A DNA stretch of 12,582 nucleotides, from the NCBI GenBank assembly GCA_036339465.1, contig JAYZAY010000084.1, positions 1 through 12,582 of the forward strand, in the 5' to 3' direction. The stretch comes from Myxococcota bacterium. Its GTDB lineage: Bacteria; Myxococcota; XYA12-FULL-58-9; JABJBS01. Under the pieces are notes generated by a model that ran no database searches, was not told the DNA's origin, and was given only the letters and a program-made list of their open reading frames with translations. Shown piece by piece: positions 1 through 8,271 of the stretch (the stretch's first letter is position 1; each line of letters opens with the position of its first letter). The position numbers and the translations under genes are program-made.

Positions 1-32
1 CAAAGCCAATCCCTAGGGGGCAACTTTTGCAT

Positions 33-46
33 GGGGGGGGGGGGGG
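33..46. repeat. G14 homopolymer tract
   Basis: 14 consecutive G at 33-46, in non-coding context near the window edge. Confidence 0.9.
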
Positions 47-180
47 TAAAATCAGGTGCCTCTATTTTGGGGTTTTACACCCCACCAAGTCCCTAAGCTA
101 AGCACATGATAACCACTTTGGGATATCTTTATCATCTTGTTCTTCATGGATTCATCCTGATCCCACCTAAATAAGAGCGC

Positions 181-207
181 TGTACCTAGGAGCTTCAAAC
201 CCCCATT
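181..207 (-). mobile_element. oriIS-like end of an IS91/ISCR-family remnant
   Basis: The minus strand reads AATGGGGGTTTGAAGCTCCTAGGTACA, resembling the recalled IS91/ISCR oriIS pattern G..TTT.AA.TTCCTA. It lies about 155-180 bp 3' of the transposase-remnant stop (362), where oriIS is expected. A 24/27-identical copy occurs at 6143-6169. Confidence 0.5.
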
Positions 208-361
208 TCGGTACCAAACAATTCCAATAATCCACTCACTTTCCCCTGCCGCCCCAAGATTCACCCCACCCTTCGCCGAAATCTCGACCAAAAACATCAA
301 AAAGACGACAAAATCACGAAACGGTCCGCACCGGTCCGCATCCCCGACCACATCGCTGCCA

Positions 362-620
362 TTAATAATCAAAACAAGTCTGCTTAAGCCTCGGAGGTCT
401 GAGCCTTGGTGAAACCCCAGGAAGGCCAAGATGATCGAGAATCTTACAAGTCACCGTCCGTTGGGTGATAGACGACACGGTGGTCATGCGGCCCTTGGAT
501 TTGGGACGTTCGAGCACGTCTATTTCGAAAACCCAGTGCATCAACAGGTGCCAAGCCATCCGTTTTCTCGTGTATCCCTTGGCGTGTTCACCACCCTGCC
601 CCTTTATTGGATTTGGGTGC
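362..620 (-). pseudogene. IS91-family transposase, C-terminal remnant
   Basis: WHLLMHWVFEIDVLERPKSKGRMTTVSSITQRTVTCKILDHLGLPGVSPRLRPPR matches the IS91-type tail WAxLLxRVFxIDVLxCPxCGGRMxxIAxIxxxxVIxKILxHLGLPxxxPxxxPAR. CxxC has decayed to RPKS (codons cgt and tcc, each one change from Cys; 497-508). There is no HUH/Y2 core, and the 5' boundary is approximate. Confidence 0.75.
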
Positions 621-885
621 TTTTTGGCCAGTCTTCGACGAATATCGAGAGGCTCTTGAGCAACGGAAGTTTCGAGAGAATATCGATGCAATGCTCGATG
701 CCTCGGCAATCCTTGAGCAAAAAGGGAATATTCTTCCCTACCGCGCCATTGTGGTGGATGAAGCGCAGGATATTCCTGCCGCCGGTTTTGAATGACTCCG
801 CAAAATAATCCCCGAGGAGTCCCCCAATGATTTGTTTATTCTAGGCGACGCTCATCAGTGAATTTATCGTCACAAAGTGCGTTGG
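607..885 (+). pseudogene. UvrD-like (SF1) helicase internal fragment
   Basis: A single frame reads WPVFDEYRE...LPYRAIVVDEAQDIPAAGFE*LRKIIPEESPNDLFILGDAHQ*IYRHKV. This contains motif II (DEAQD) and motif III (GDxxQxIY), with in-frame TGA stops at 793-795 and 859-861. There is no Walker A and no C-terminal half. Confidence 0.8.
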
Positions 886-1066
886 GTAGATAACGACCAT
901 TTTAGAGCCCAGAGCATTGATTTTAACGCTTAGAAAAGTGCGTTTTTAAAAAGGCCTTAGTTCGTCTCCGGATGTCCAAACTCATCCAACTACAGCCAAG
1001 CGAATAAGGTGGCTCCATTCCTTTGAACACTCAACCCAATTCTATAAGTGTCTTTCCACCGCAAAT

Positions 1067-1894
1067 TTAAGCAGCCATGGGTAGTGACTGCGTAGTAAAG
1101 TAAACCTCATCAGGTGTCTTTTGGTCAAGACGAGAATGAGGCCTACGGGTGTTGTAAAATTCAAAGTAACGTTTTAGGCCTATCCGTGTCCCAGAGACAG
1201 TATCGTAGGCGCGCAAATAAACTTCCTCATATTTTACAGAACGCCATAGGCGCTCCACAAACACGTTGTCTCGCCAAGCCCCCTTGCCATCCATACTGAC
1301 TCTAATGTTATTTTCCTTAAGCAGTCCAGTGAAGGCAAGACTGGTAAATTGACTACCCTGGTCGGTATTTAAAATCTCGGGTCGTCCGTGTTTGATGATT
1401 GCCTCCAAAACCGCATCAAGACAAAAATGGACATCCATCGTTGTAGAGAGCTTCCAGCTGAGTACGCGGCGGGAATACCAATCTAAGACTGCCGTCAAAT
1501 ACACAAAACCCCTGGCCATGGGAATATAAGTGATATCCATGGCCCAGACTTGATTGGGTCGGGTGACGGATACCTCACGCAACAAGTAAGGATAAATTTT
1601 GTGGGTTGGATGGTGTTGGGTGGTTTTTGGCTTGCGGTACAATGCCTCTATTCCCATGTGCCTCATCAATCTGCTGACCTTTTTACGGCCAACGTCATAA
1701 CCTTCTTGGCGCAATAAATCTCGCATCATTCGAATCCCGGCAAATGCCAACTGCAGGTGCAGGCGGTCCATACGATTCATCAGCGCCTGTGCCTCACTGC
1801 TTACGGGCTTGGGTCGGTAATACACGCTGCCGCGACTGATAGATAAGAGCTTGGCTTGTCGTGTTATGGAGAGCTTGTGTGTGCGGTCAATCAT
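1067..1894 (-). CDS. IS3-family transposase OrfB (DDE integrase core)
   Basis: DDE motifs WAMDITY, NTDQGSQFT and DNVFVERLWRSVKYE, plus C-terminal YNTRRPHSRLDQKTP. The frame is open, and its ATG overlaps the orfA stop (ATGA). Confidence 0.95.
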   Translation of the reverse strand: MIDRTHKLSITRQAKLLSISRGSVYYRPKPVSSEAQALMNRMDRLHLQLAFAGIRMMRDLLRQEGYDVGRKKVSRLMRHMGIEALYRKPKTTQHHPTHKIYPYLLREVSVTRPNQVWAMDITYIPMARGFVYLTAVLDWYSRRVLSWKLSTTMDVHFCLDAVLEAIIKHGRPEILNTDQGSQFTSLAFTGLLKENNIRVSMDGKGAWRDNVFVERLWRSVKYEEVYLRAYDTVSGTRIGLKRYFEFYNTRRPHSRLDQKTPDEVYFTTQSLPMAA

Positions 1895-2193
1895 CGTTTT
1901 CCGCTCAGCAATCCCGCCTTGGTGAGCGCACTTTCTAAAAAATCATTTTCCAGGGTCAGTGCTCCTATTTTGGCATGGAGTGTTTTCACGTCAACCGCAT
2001 TATCCTGTGGCTGGCCACCCCCCAAGGCTTCCGATGAACGCTCAAGCAATTGGCTCTTCCACTGGGTTATCTGATTTGGATGAATATCAAAGCGCTGAGC
2101 CAGCTCCGTGATGGTTTCTTCGCCCTTAAGGGCCGTAACCGCCACTTTGGCCTTGAACTGAGGTGAGTGATTTCGGCGTGGTCTTCTAGCCAT
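1891..2193 (-). CDS. IS3-family transposase OrfA (HTH)
   Basis: MARRPRRNHSPQFKAKVAV...ELAQRFDIHPNQITQWK HTH and C-terminal LHAKIGALTLENDFL zipper. ATG at 2193 has an AGGAGA RBS (2200-2205), so it is preferred over the ORF-track start at 2220. Confidence 0.93.
   Translation of the reverse strand: MARRPRRNHSPQFKAKVAVTALKGEETITELAQRFDIHPNQITQWKSQLLERSSEALGGGQPQDNAVDVKTLHAKIGALTLENDFLESALTKAGLLSGKR
1936..1942 (-). other. Putative -1 programmed frameshift site T TTT TTA
   Basis: orfA codons GAT TTT TTA give an X XXY YYZ heptamer. The -1 frame reads FRKCAHQGGIAERKTMIDR, open into orfB. Confidence 0.75.
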
Positions 2194-2281
2194 GTTGAAT
2201 CTCCTAATACTGGGCACCACCGTGCCCTAAATGAGGCGGAAAATCCACTTAGAGCGTTGTTCAATTTTATGGGGCCACCTC

Positions 2282-2439
2282 TCTTACTCGCGGGAATTAA
2301 ACCCGCTACGCGTGTTCCACTTACCTAGTTGGTCTAGAATCCGAGCCCGCCTAGCGGCGTGTTCGTTTCAAGACCAACACGGACGTACCCGCCGCCTCCA
2401 CCACTTTCTGCCAATCTTACTCGCGGGAATTAAACCCGC
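2282..2439. repeat. Two identical 25-bp palindromic (REP-like) direct repeats around a structured 108-bp spacer
   Basis: TCTTACTCGCGGGAATTAAACCCGC at 2282-2306 and 2415-2439, each with the stem GCGGG/CCCGC. A long hairpin at 2328-2378 lies between them. Confidence 0.85.
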
Positions 2440-2722
2440 CATCTATTTTGCAGACGTTAAGTGGAGCGGTATGATACCTTTGTGTATATTCACTGACGTT
2501 ATCAAATATATCCTGAATGACATTCAATCACTCGAAAAATTCGAGTCATCTCAGAAAGGGGAATTTTCCTTATCCGACCTTCGAACCCTGCGCGCGCCGA
2601 CCCATCAGCAGGAATTTTACCAGCGAATAAGCGTATTAGCGAAAAACCAGAAGTGCAGCCCTACCGCGAGGATGAAAATGAGGCTAGCACACATATCCTG
2701 TTGCAAAGGAGCTAAAACCCAG

Positions 2723-3834
2723 ATGAAGGGACAAAGGCTGCTTCTGAACGTAATCATCCTGGCGTGCTCTTTGCCGGAACTGGGTTGCGGAAACTCGCAT
2801 AATGACCAGGTGCGCCAATGGAGCGTCCCCACCCCTACCCAACACTTGGTAAGCGTTTCGTCCCAGGAACAAGTTGTGCAATATTTAGCCAGCGCTGCGG
2901 AAAGATTGTTGATTCCTGTCGATGAATCCGAGCAAGTCACCTTCATTCACCAAAATCACCTCGGCTCCAATACGCTCTTGTCCGACTCCACCGGACAAGA
3001 GAAAGGGAGGTGGGCATACACTCCCTATGGAAGTTTCCGTGACGCTACGGGCGAACATCCTGTGTACGGCTTTTCGAATCAAGAACACGACCTCTCCACC
3101 GGACTGCTTCATTTTAAATATAGATATTGGACATAACCACCGGCCGATGGTTGCAGGTTGACCCTCTCTACGGCCTGTCAACGTCCAAAAAGATGGAAAA
3201 GCACGGCGAGGCCACCACCGCATATGCCTACGTTGGCAATCAAGCCATCAATCAAATTGACCCAAGCGGCCTGGAGGGCAAGCTGGCAGTCAAGGGACAA
3301 AAAGCCAAACTACACAAGAGAAAGAGCAAAGTAGGTAGAAAGAAAGGCCCAGGTGTAGGTGCCAAAGTGAAGGCTCTAAGTAGCCCTCAGGGCGCGGCCG
3401 CCGCCTTTATGGGGAAAACTAACAAATTGAAAAGCATCACCGATAAATACGGAGTAGGAACGACCATGAATTTCGTGAAGCAAGCGGCGACAAACATGGC
3501 CGCAGGCAAACAAATGACGTTGCTTGGGCGTATTCAGGACCTGGCAGTGGTAAAGCTCGATGGGGCTCTGGCAAGGGTTCAGAAGGGTTTAGATAAAAAA
3601 ATCAACGTACTTGACGACCCGGCTTGGACTATGGATAGAAATGATGAATTCGTGAATAATGCTAAAGAATCAGGAGGGCCTATCTATGCAATGAGCCCAA
3701 ATTCGGCTGCAAACCTCAAGGACCCGACCTCAACGTTTTCCGAAACCGTATACTCCAGAGAGTTAAGGCAAGTTGTTGGAAGTAAAGGTCAGAAGGCGGG
3801 CTCAATTCAAAAGTATCAGAGACTGAACCCATAA
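2723..3834 (+). pseudogene. Short RHS repeat-associated core protein with putative C-terminal toxin tip, split by a 1-nt frameshift
   Basis: FIHQNHLGS...YTPYG...YGFSNQEHDLSTGLLHFKYRY continues in the -1 frame as (L)DITTGRWLQVDPL...YAYVGNQAINQIDPSGL. One extra T at 3125-3129 restores YRYLD and a 370-aa ORF. ATG 2723 has an AAAGGAG RBS at 2705-2711. This could be an intact gene with a sequencing error. Confidence 0.85.
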
Positions 3835-4004
3835 GCCGGCTTATAGAGACAGCGTGTACTGCAGAGGGTTAAAGCAAGGAAAGCACGGAGACGTGGCGGT
3901 TGGTTCAATTTAAAAGGGTGGTCTAATCTAGCCGTCATTATCTTAGACTAGGTGGAAAACCGAAACCGCTGAAACAAGGCATCTTTACGTAAGTTTAGCC
4001 GAGA

Positions 4005-4153
4005 TATTTAGTATTCTTATTTAGTATTTTACTAACCACGCTGCTTATTTAGTATTTACTAACCACGCTGCTTATTTAGTATTTTTTAGTATTTTTTTCT
4101 AACCACGCTGCTTATTTAGTATTTTTAGTATTTTTAGTATTTTTTAGTATTTT
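4005..4153. repeat. Stuttered AT-rich tandem array
   Basis: Three exact copies of CTAACCACGCTGCTTATTTAGTATTT (4032, 4059, 4099) and nine copies of TAGTATT (4009, 4022, 4050, 4077, 4087, 4117, 4126, 4135, 4145) with variable T runs. Confidence 0.92.
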
Positions 4154-4224
4154 CAAGGGAAAGTGAGGGGGGATGCTGCCAGTGAAAAAGTAGTGGTTTG
4201 GAGTGCCGAGGCACCAATGCCAGT

Positions 4225-5706
4225 TTAGTGGTCTGCTAGCAATCCGAGAGCACCCGGCTTGTGGTAGACACCCAGTCGCTCAATAATTGTGGCGCTGGCT
4301 TCATTAAGCCCAAGAAGCTCTACCTGGGTTCCTTGGGCGCGATACTTAAGCACGACCTTGTCGAGGGCTCCTACAGCCGAGTAATCCCAAAAGTGAGCTT
4401 TCGTTAGATTAATGGTAATTTGGTTGAGTGATTCGCGGAAATCGAAAGCTGCGGAAAACTCCGCCGCCGAGGCGAAGAAGACCTGACCATAGACCTCGTA
4501 GACACGTTCGGTCTTATCATCTGTTAGGGTGGATTGCATCTCCAACAGGCCAGACACTTTTCGGGCGAAAAATAAGACACTCATAAGTACGCCGATGAAA
4601 ACGCCCATTGCTAAATCGTGGGTGAAGACCACGACACTTACGGTCATAATCATTACCAGGCTAGATTCTTTCGGGTGAGTTTTAAGATTCTTGAAAGACG
4701 CCCAGTTAAAAGTTCCGATCGACACCATAATCATGACAGCCACGAGGGCTGCCATGGGGATTTGTTTCACCCAGTCGCCAAGCACCAGAATTAAAAAGAG
4801 TAGAAAACCACCAGCGAAAAGGGTGGATAGTCTGCCTCGACCGCCGGATTTAACATTAATCACCGACTGACCAATCATTGCGCAACCAGCCATACCTCCA
4901 AAAAAACCGGAAACGATATTGGCCACCCCCTGGCCCGCACATTCTCGGTTTTTGGCGCTGGGCGTGTCAGTCATGTCGTCTACGATAGCTGCAGTCATCA
5001 GAGATTCCAGAAGTCCAACGGCAGTGAGTGTAAGCGCGTAGGGGAAAATAATCCAAAAAGCATCCCATGTGAGTGGGATTTGGGGAATGAGGAAAAGAGG
5101 TAGGGTCGATGGCAATTCACCCATGTCGCCCACACTGCGGATATCCAGCCCAACGACGGCGTTAAATCCGGTTAGAGCAACAATGGCTACGAGAGGCGAC
5201 GGAATAGATTTAGAGATATAGGGAAAGAGGTAAATGATACCCAGTCCGGCCGCGACCATGGCGTACATCTCCCAACCCGCTCCATCAAACTCAGGAAGTT
5301 GCGCCATAAATATCAAAATAGCCAACGCGTTTACAAACCCAGTCATTACTGATCGGGATACGAAGCGAAGAAGAGAACCAAGCCGGAGAAACCCCGCAAG
5401 GATCTGCAAGACACCCGTTAAAATGGTGGTGGCGAGAAGGTATTCGAGGCCGTGATCCTTAACCAGTGTTACCATCACAAGTGCCATGGCACCAGTAGCG
5501 GCGGATATCATTCCAGGTCGGCCTCCTACAATGGAAATTACCGCGGCGATGCAAAACGATGCATATAAGCCAACCTTAGGGTCCACCCCTGCGATTATAG
5601 AAAAGGCGATTGCTTCTGGGATTAATGCAAGCGCGACGACGACTCCAGCTAAAAGGTCGCCGCGAATATTACCGAACCACTCCGTGCGAAGTCGTGATAA
5701 CAACAT
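4225..5706 (-). CDS. sulP: SulP/SLC26-family inorganic anion transporter with C-terminal STAS domain
   Basis: 493 aa and polytopic. Motifs include [48 protein letters not shown] and the STAS-like YGQVFFASA...[20 protein letters not shown] at 5715-5720. Confidence 0.95.
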   Translation of the reverse strand: MLLSRLRTEWFGNIRGDLLAGVVVALALIPEAIAFSIIAGVDPKVGLYASFCIAAVISIVGGRPGMISAATGAMALVMVTLVKDHGLEYLLATTILTGVLQILAGFLRLGSLLRFVSRSVMTGFVNALAILIFMAQLPEFDGAGWEMYAMVAAGLGIIYLFPYISKSIPSPLVAIVALTGFNAVVGLDIRSVGDMGELPSTLPLFLIPQIPLTWDAFWIIFPYALTLTAVGLLESLMTAAIVDDMTDTPSAKNRECAGQGVANIVSGFFGGMAGCAMIGQSVINVKSGGRGRLSTLFAGGFLLFLILVLGDWVKQIPMAALVAVMIMVSIGTFNWASFKNLKTHPKESSLVMIMTVSVVVFTHDLAMGVFIGVLMSVLFFARKVSGLLEMQSTLTDDKTERVYEVYGQVFFASAAEFSAAFDFRESLNQITINLTKAHFWDYSAVGALDKVVLKYRAQGTQVELLGLNEASATIIERLGVYHKPGALGLLADH

Positions 5707-5744
5707 ACTTCTTGTCTCCTGAGTTGTCTGCCACGGTGACTAGA

Positions 5745-5802
5745 AATCAGTCGAGTGCATCAGGCAGAGCGGGGGCGCATCACTACAACACCGCAGTGAC
5801 TT
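5745..5802 (-). ncRNA. Candidate cis-regulatory leader RNA upstream of sulP (sul1-motif-like)
   Basis: The minus strand GTCACTGCGGTGTTGTAGTGATGCGCCCCCGCTCTGCCTGATGCACTCGACTGA is a GC-rich island about 40 nt upstream of the ATG in an otherwise more AT-rich leader. It resembles, from memory, conserved leaders of this SulP clade. Not verified. Confidence 0.4.
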
Positions 5803-6142
5803 ATTTGGATATGAATAAATACAACCCTTTGCATGGTTCGGGCCAAAAGTTTACCTTAGCAATATTAATGGCTTAGCTTGGTTATGTGCCATCATTTTAC
5901 GACTCGGCGAGCGTTTGACGGTTATTTGGGTTGCAGGCGGAAATGATGGCGTATCTTGGTGCGCCAAAAAAGTAGTTACATCGGGCGTAAATCAATCCGA
6001 AACATGGGTGGGCGCTCGCGCTAATTTAGGCTTAGACCTTGGTGGTTGTCCTTTTGGTCATGTTTTGGGGCAATCCTGAAGGCCCAAAGTCTACAGACTT
6101 CGTCGCTGTGTATTTTGGTACAGGTCAGATGCTTGTCGCTTT

Positions 6143-6169
6143 TGTTCCTAGGAGTTTCAAACACCCATT
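6143..6169 (-). mobile_element. Second, orphan oriIS-like motif
   Basis: TGTTCCTAGGAGTTTCAAACACCCATT is 24/27 identical to 181-207, in the same orientation, with no adjacent transposase. Confidence 0.45.
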
Positions 6170-6235
6170 CCACCAGCAAGTGGGAATAAAGGAGGAACAA
6201 GGAACAAAGGGAGTCCAATAATTACGCTGCTTGTT

Positions 6236-8170
6236 CTATTTCTCCGACCTATATTGAATAAATTTTCCGTCTCGCAAGAAGACGTGGCCTTTCCAACTTA
6301 CTTCCCGCGGAACCTTCCAACTCAATGGAATGGGGGAATCGTAGAGGTAGGCAAACACGGTGGGCAGAATGTCTTGATTGAGGACGAGGTCTTGGTCATA
6401 GCGTGCTGCGCGTTCGGATTCGGGCCACCGGATTGCGATCATCGTGCTGTATCGATCCAGGATCGCCAATCGATCGATTTCTTCCATCTTATATCCACCC
6501 AACTCGGTGCAATACTCGCCGGTGAGATCGGGCCCATGGTCACTCATGGCTATTACGATGGCCGTGGGATCGTGTTTTCTGAGAGCGTCGAAGTCACTCT
6601 CCATGAGTTCGAGGGCACTCAGGTAGCGCTCGTGCCACCATCCTCGTTCGTTGGCTCGGCATCGTCCTGAATTGGGTGAGTGGCCGGGAAGCAAGATGTG
6701 ACTATCCACAAATCGTTTTGGGACACCCTCGGTGATAACATGAAACTTTTCTTGAACATCATGCTCGCTACGGCGCAGGACACCCCACCCCTTGGTATCA
6801 GAACGAAACTCTCCCTGCATGATGCCGCGAAATAGCGTGAACGATAGTTCTAAGTCGCGATGGGTCTCTTCGGGTAAAACGTGGTCGAGTTGATGAACCT
6901 TACCTAGGAGATAGGCAGGGAGGATCCCATAGGAAGTGTAGCCAAGATGGCGAAGTAGATGATGGGTGATGGAATTCCCACCGCGAACCTGTCGATAGAA
7001 CCCAAGCCGTTGATCTCGCGTAGCCCCGCTCAGGGGTTGCTTCCAAGCCAGCTGCCCATGCATATCCAGGCTCCGAGCCATACTCTCAAGTGAGGCACTC
7101 GCCAAAGAGTGGCTCCCGGCGTAGCGCTTAAAACCATACTCTTCGAAAAGGTTTTGGTGGGCAGTGGAATCAAACCCGAGGGCTTGAAGCATTTCGAATT
7201 CCGGGATTCCATCGTAGACAAATAAATAGATATTAGGAGTGTCCACCGGGACCATGCCGGCGACCTGCTTGAGGACCTTAGGCTGCAGATTTGTTAATGT
7301 TGCATCCACATCGGTCATGGCGGATTGAGCAATGGTGAATACCTGCATGGTTGCGAATATTCCCAAGCTCGTAATGAGAAAGCGGAGGCTGAGTCTGGCG
7401 ATAAACCACACCAGCCAGGTAACCAACCCAAAAAAGAGGAAGAAATCAAACTGATAGGCCCCATCGATGCGCATCATGCCACGGATGCTGGGCAAAAAGA
7501 TAAGGGCAAGGATAAAGCTGGCGGTGATGAGGGTAAGGGTCGTTTTTGAAACGAAGGACGGGGCAGTAGCAAGTACCAAAAGATATGCCACGAGGCCATA
7601 TCCCATCAATGCGGCTAGGAAAGGAACCACCGTCAGGCCGGGAAGAAAACTCATGTTATTAGCCCCATGAACCAGACCTGGGGCAAGGGCGGTGAGTGTG
7701 AGCAAAGCGATGCGTGAGGGGCGAGTCATGGTCTCGTCGGTTTGACGTTTGCGGTAGGTGAGAGAGAAATAGAGCGTCGCGATGGTGATTAGGCAAGCGA
7801 TAATTGCGTCTCGCCAACCTGAAAAAGGTGGAATTTCAAACCAGCGTCCTATGGCTGTGATGAGCAAGGCAACCGCGCACACCGAAAGAAGGAGCCAATT
7901 CGGATTCTTTCGAATCCGTAGATAGCGTCCAACTGAGAGGATGGCCAGTACCAGAGTAGATGCGATGAGGGCACTGCGCGCTGTGCGGTCGTCAATGGCT
8001 GCGTAGCGGGTCGCAAAATAGAGCGATACCAAGGCCACGAGAGGTGCCGCTGCCCATTTGGGCCACTCTGCCTTGGGCTCTGAGGTTGCTGTCGAAAGCG
8101 CCATGGCGGTGGCGAGTATATCAGTGGCTGTACAATTTCTAGTACTTACATAGAATTGCCCCGCCCTCAA
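6236..8170 (-). CDS. Polytopic membrane protein with C-terminal alkaline-phosphatase/sulfatase-superfamily domain
   Basis: Many hydrophobic segments in the N-terminal ~280 aa, then PNIYLFVYDG, SLASASLESMARSLDM, HILLPGHSP, IVIAMSDHGP and NQDILPTVF, which fit AP-superfamily (LtaS/EptA-like) metal-binding motifs. The true start may be ATG at 8104. Confidence 0.8.
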   Translation of the reverse strand: MRAGQFYVSTRNCTATDILATAMALSTATSEPKAEWPKWAAAPLVALVSLYFATRYAAIDDRTARSALIASTLVLAILSVGRYLRIRKNPNWLLLSVCAVALLITAIGRWFEIPPFSGWRDAIIACLITIATLYFSLTYRKRQTDETMTRPSRIALLTLTALAPGLVHGANNMSFLPGLTVVPFLAALMGYGLVAYLLVLATAPSFVSKTTLTLITASFILALIFLPSIRGMMRIDGAYQFDFFLFFGLVTWLVWFIARLSLRFLITSLGIFATMQVFTIAQSAMTDVDATLTNLQPKVLKQVAGMVPVDTPNIYLFVYDGIPEFEMLQALGFDSTAHQNLFEEYGFKRYAGSHSLASASLESMARSLDMHGQLAWKQPLSGATRDQRLGFYRQVRGGNSITHHLLRHLGYTSYGILPAYLLGKVHQLDHVLPEETHRDLELSFTLFRGIMQGEFRSDTKGWGVLRRSEHDVQEKFHVITEGVPKRFVDSHILLPGHSPNSGRCRANERGWWHERYLSALELMESDFDALRKHDPTAIVIAMSDHGPDLTGEYCTELGGYKMEEIDRLAILDRYSTMIAIRWPESERAARYDQDLVLNQDILPTVFAYLYDSPIPLSWKVPREVSWKGHVFLRDGKFIQYRSEK

Positions 8171-8271
8171 ACGCAGTTGACCCTTTCGGACCGATCCTGT
8201 TAAGGATGCTTGGAAACGACCTTGGCGTGTGGGGAAAACGTCTTCTCCGGCAGTGATTTATGGAGTTAACC

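Larger units (their letters stand above)
1005..2282 (-). mobile_element. IS3-family insertion sequence (~1.28 kb)
   Basis: orfA/orfB pair bounded by imperfect terminal IRs: TAAGGTGGCTCCATTCCTTTGAACA (1005-1029) versus the reverse complement of 2258-2282, AGAGGTGGCCCCATAAAATTGAACA. Ends are uncertain by 1-2 bp, and no target duplication is visible. Confidence 0.92.

Noticed and set aside
52..429. 125-aa minus ORF (and plus ORFs 431..808 and 465..659)
   Set aside because: They overlap the IS91 remnant, its non-coding end and the helicase fragment in other frames, and show no protein-like motifs.
995..2292. Target-site duplication of the IS3 element
   Set aside because: The flanks (...AAGCGAA and CTTACTC...) share no 3-4 bp direct repeat for the plausible end positions.
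2328..2378. Integron attC site
   Set aside because: It begins with GTT and ends with AAC on both strands, the reverse of the RYYYAAC...GTTRRRY order, and there is no integrase.
2282..2439. Mini CRISPR array
   Set aside because: Only two repeats, a 108-bp self-structured spacer, and no cas genes in the window.
2231..2722. N-terminal 164 aa of ORF 2231..3136
   Set aside because: It starts inside the IS3 end and crosses the repeats. ATG 2723, with an RBS and signal-like leader, is the more credible start.
4005..4153. CRISPR array
   Set aside because: No unique spacers; the intervening DNA is itself repeat sub-units.
6021..6221. Short ORFs 6021..6218 (-) and 6039..6221 (+)
   Set aside because: No clear RBS or motifs, mutually overlapping, and they span the oriIS-like motif.
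8100..8113. Kozak-like GCCACCGCCATGG at the alternative start of the 644-aa gene
   Set aside because: The context is clearly bacterial (SD sites, coupled genes, IS elements), so this is treated as coincidence.
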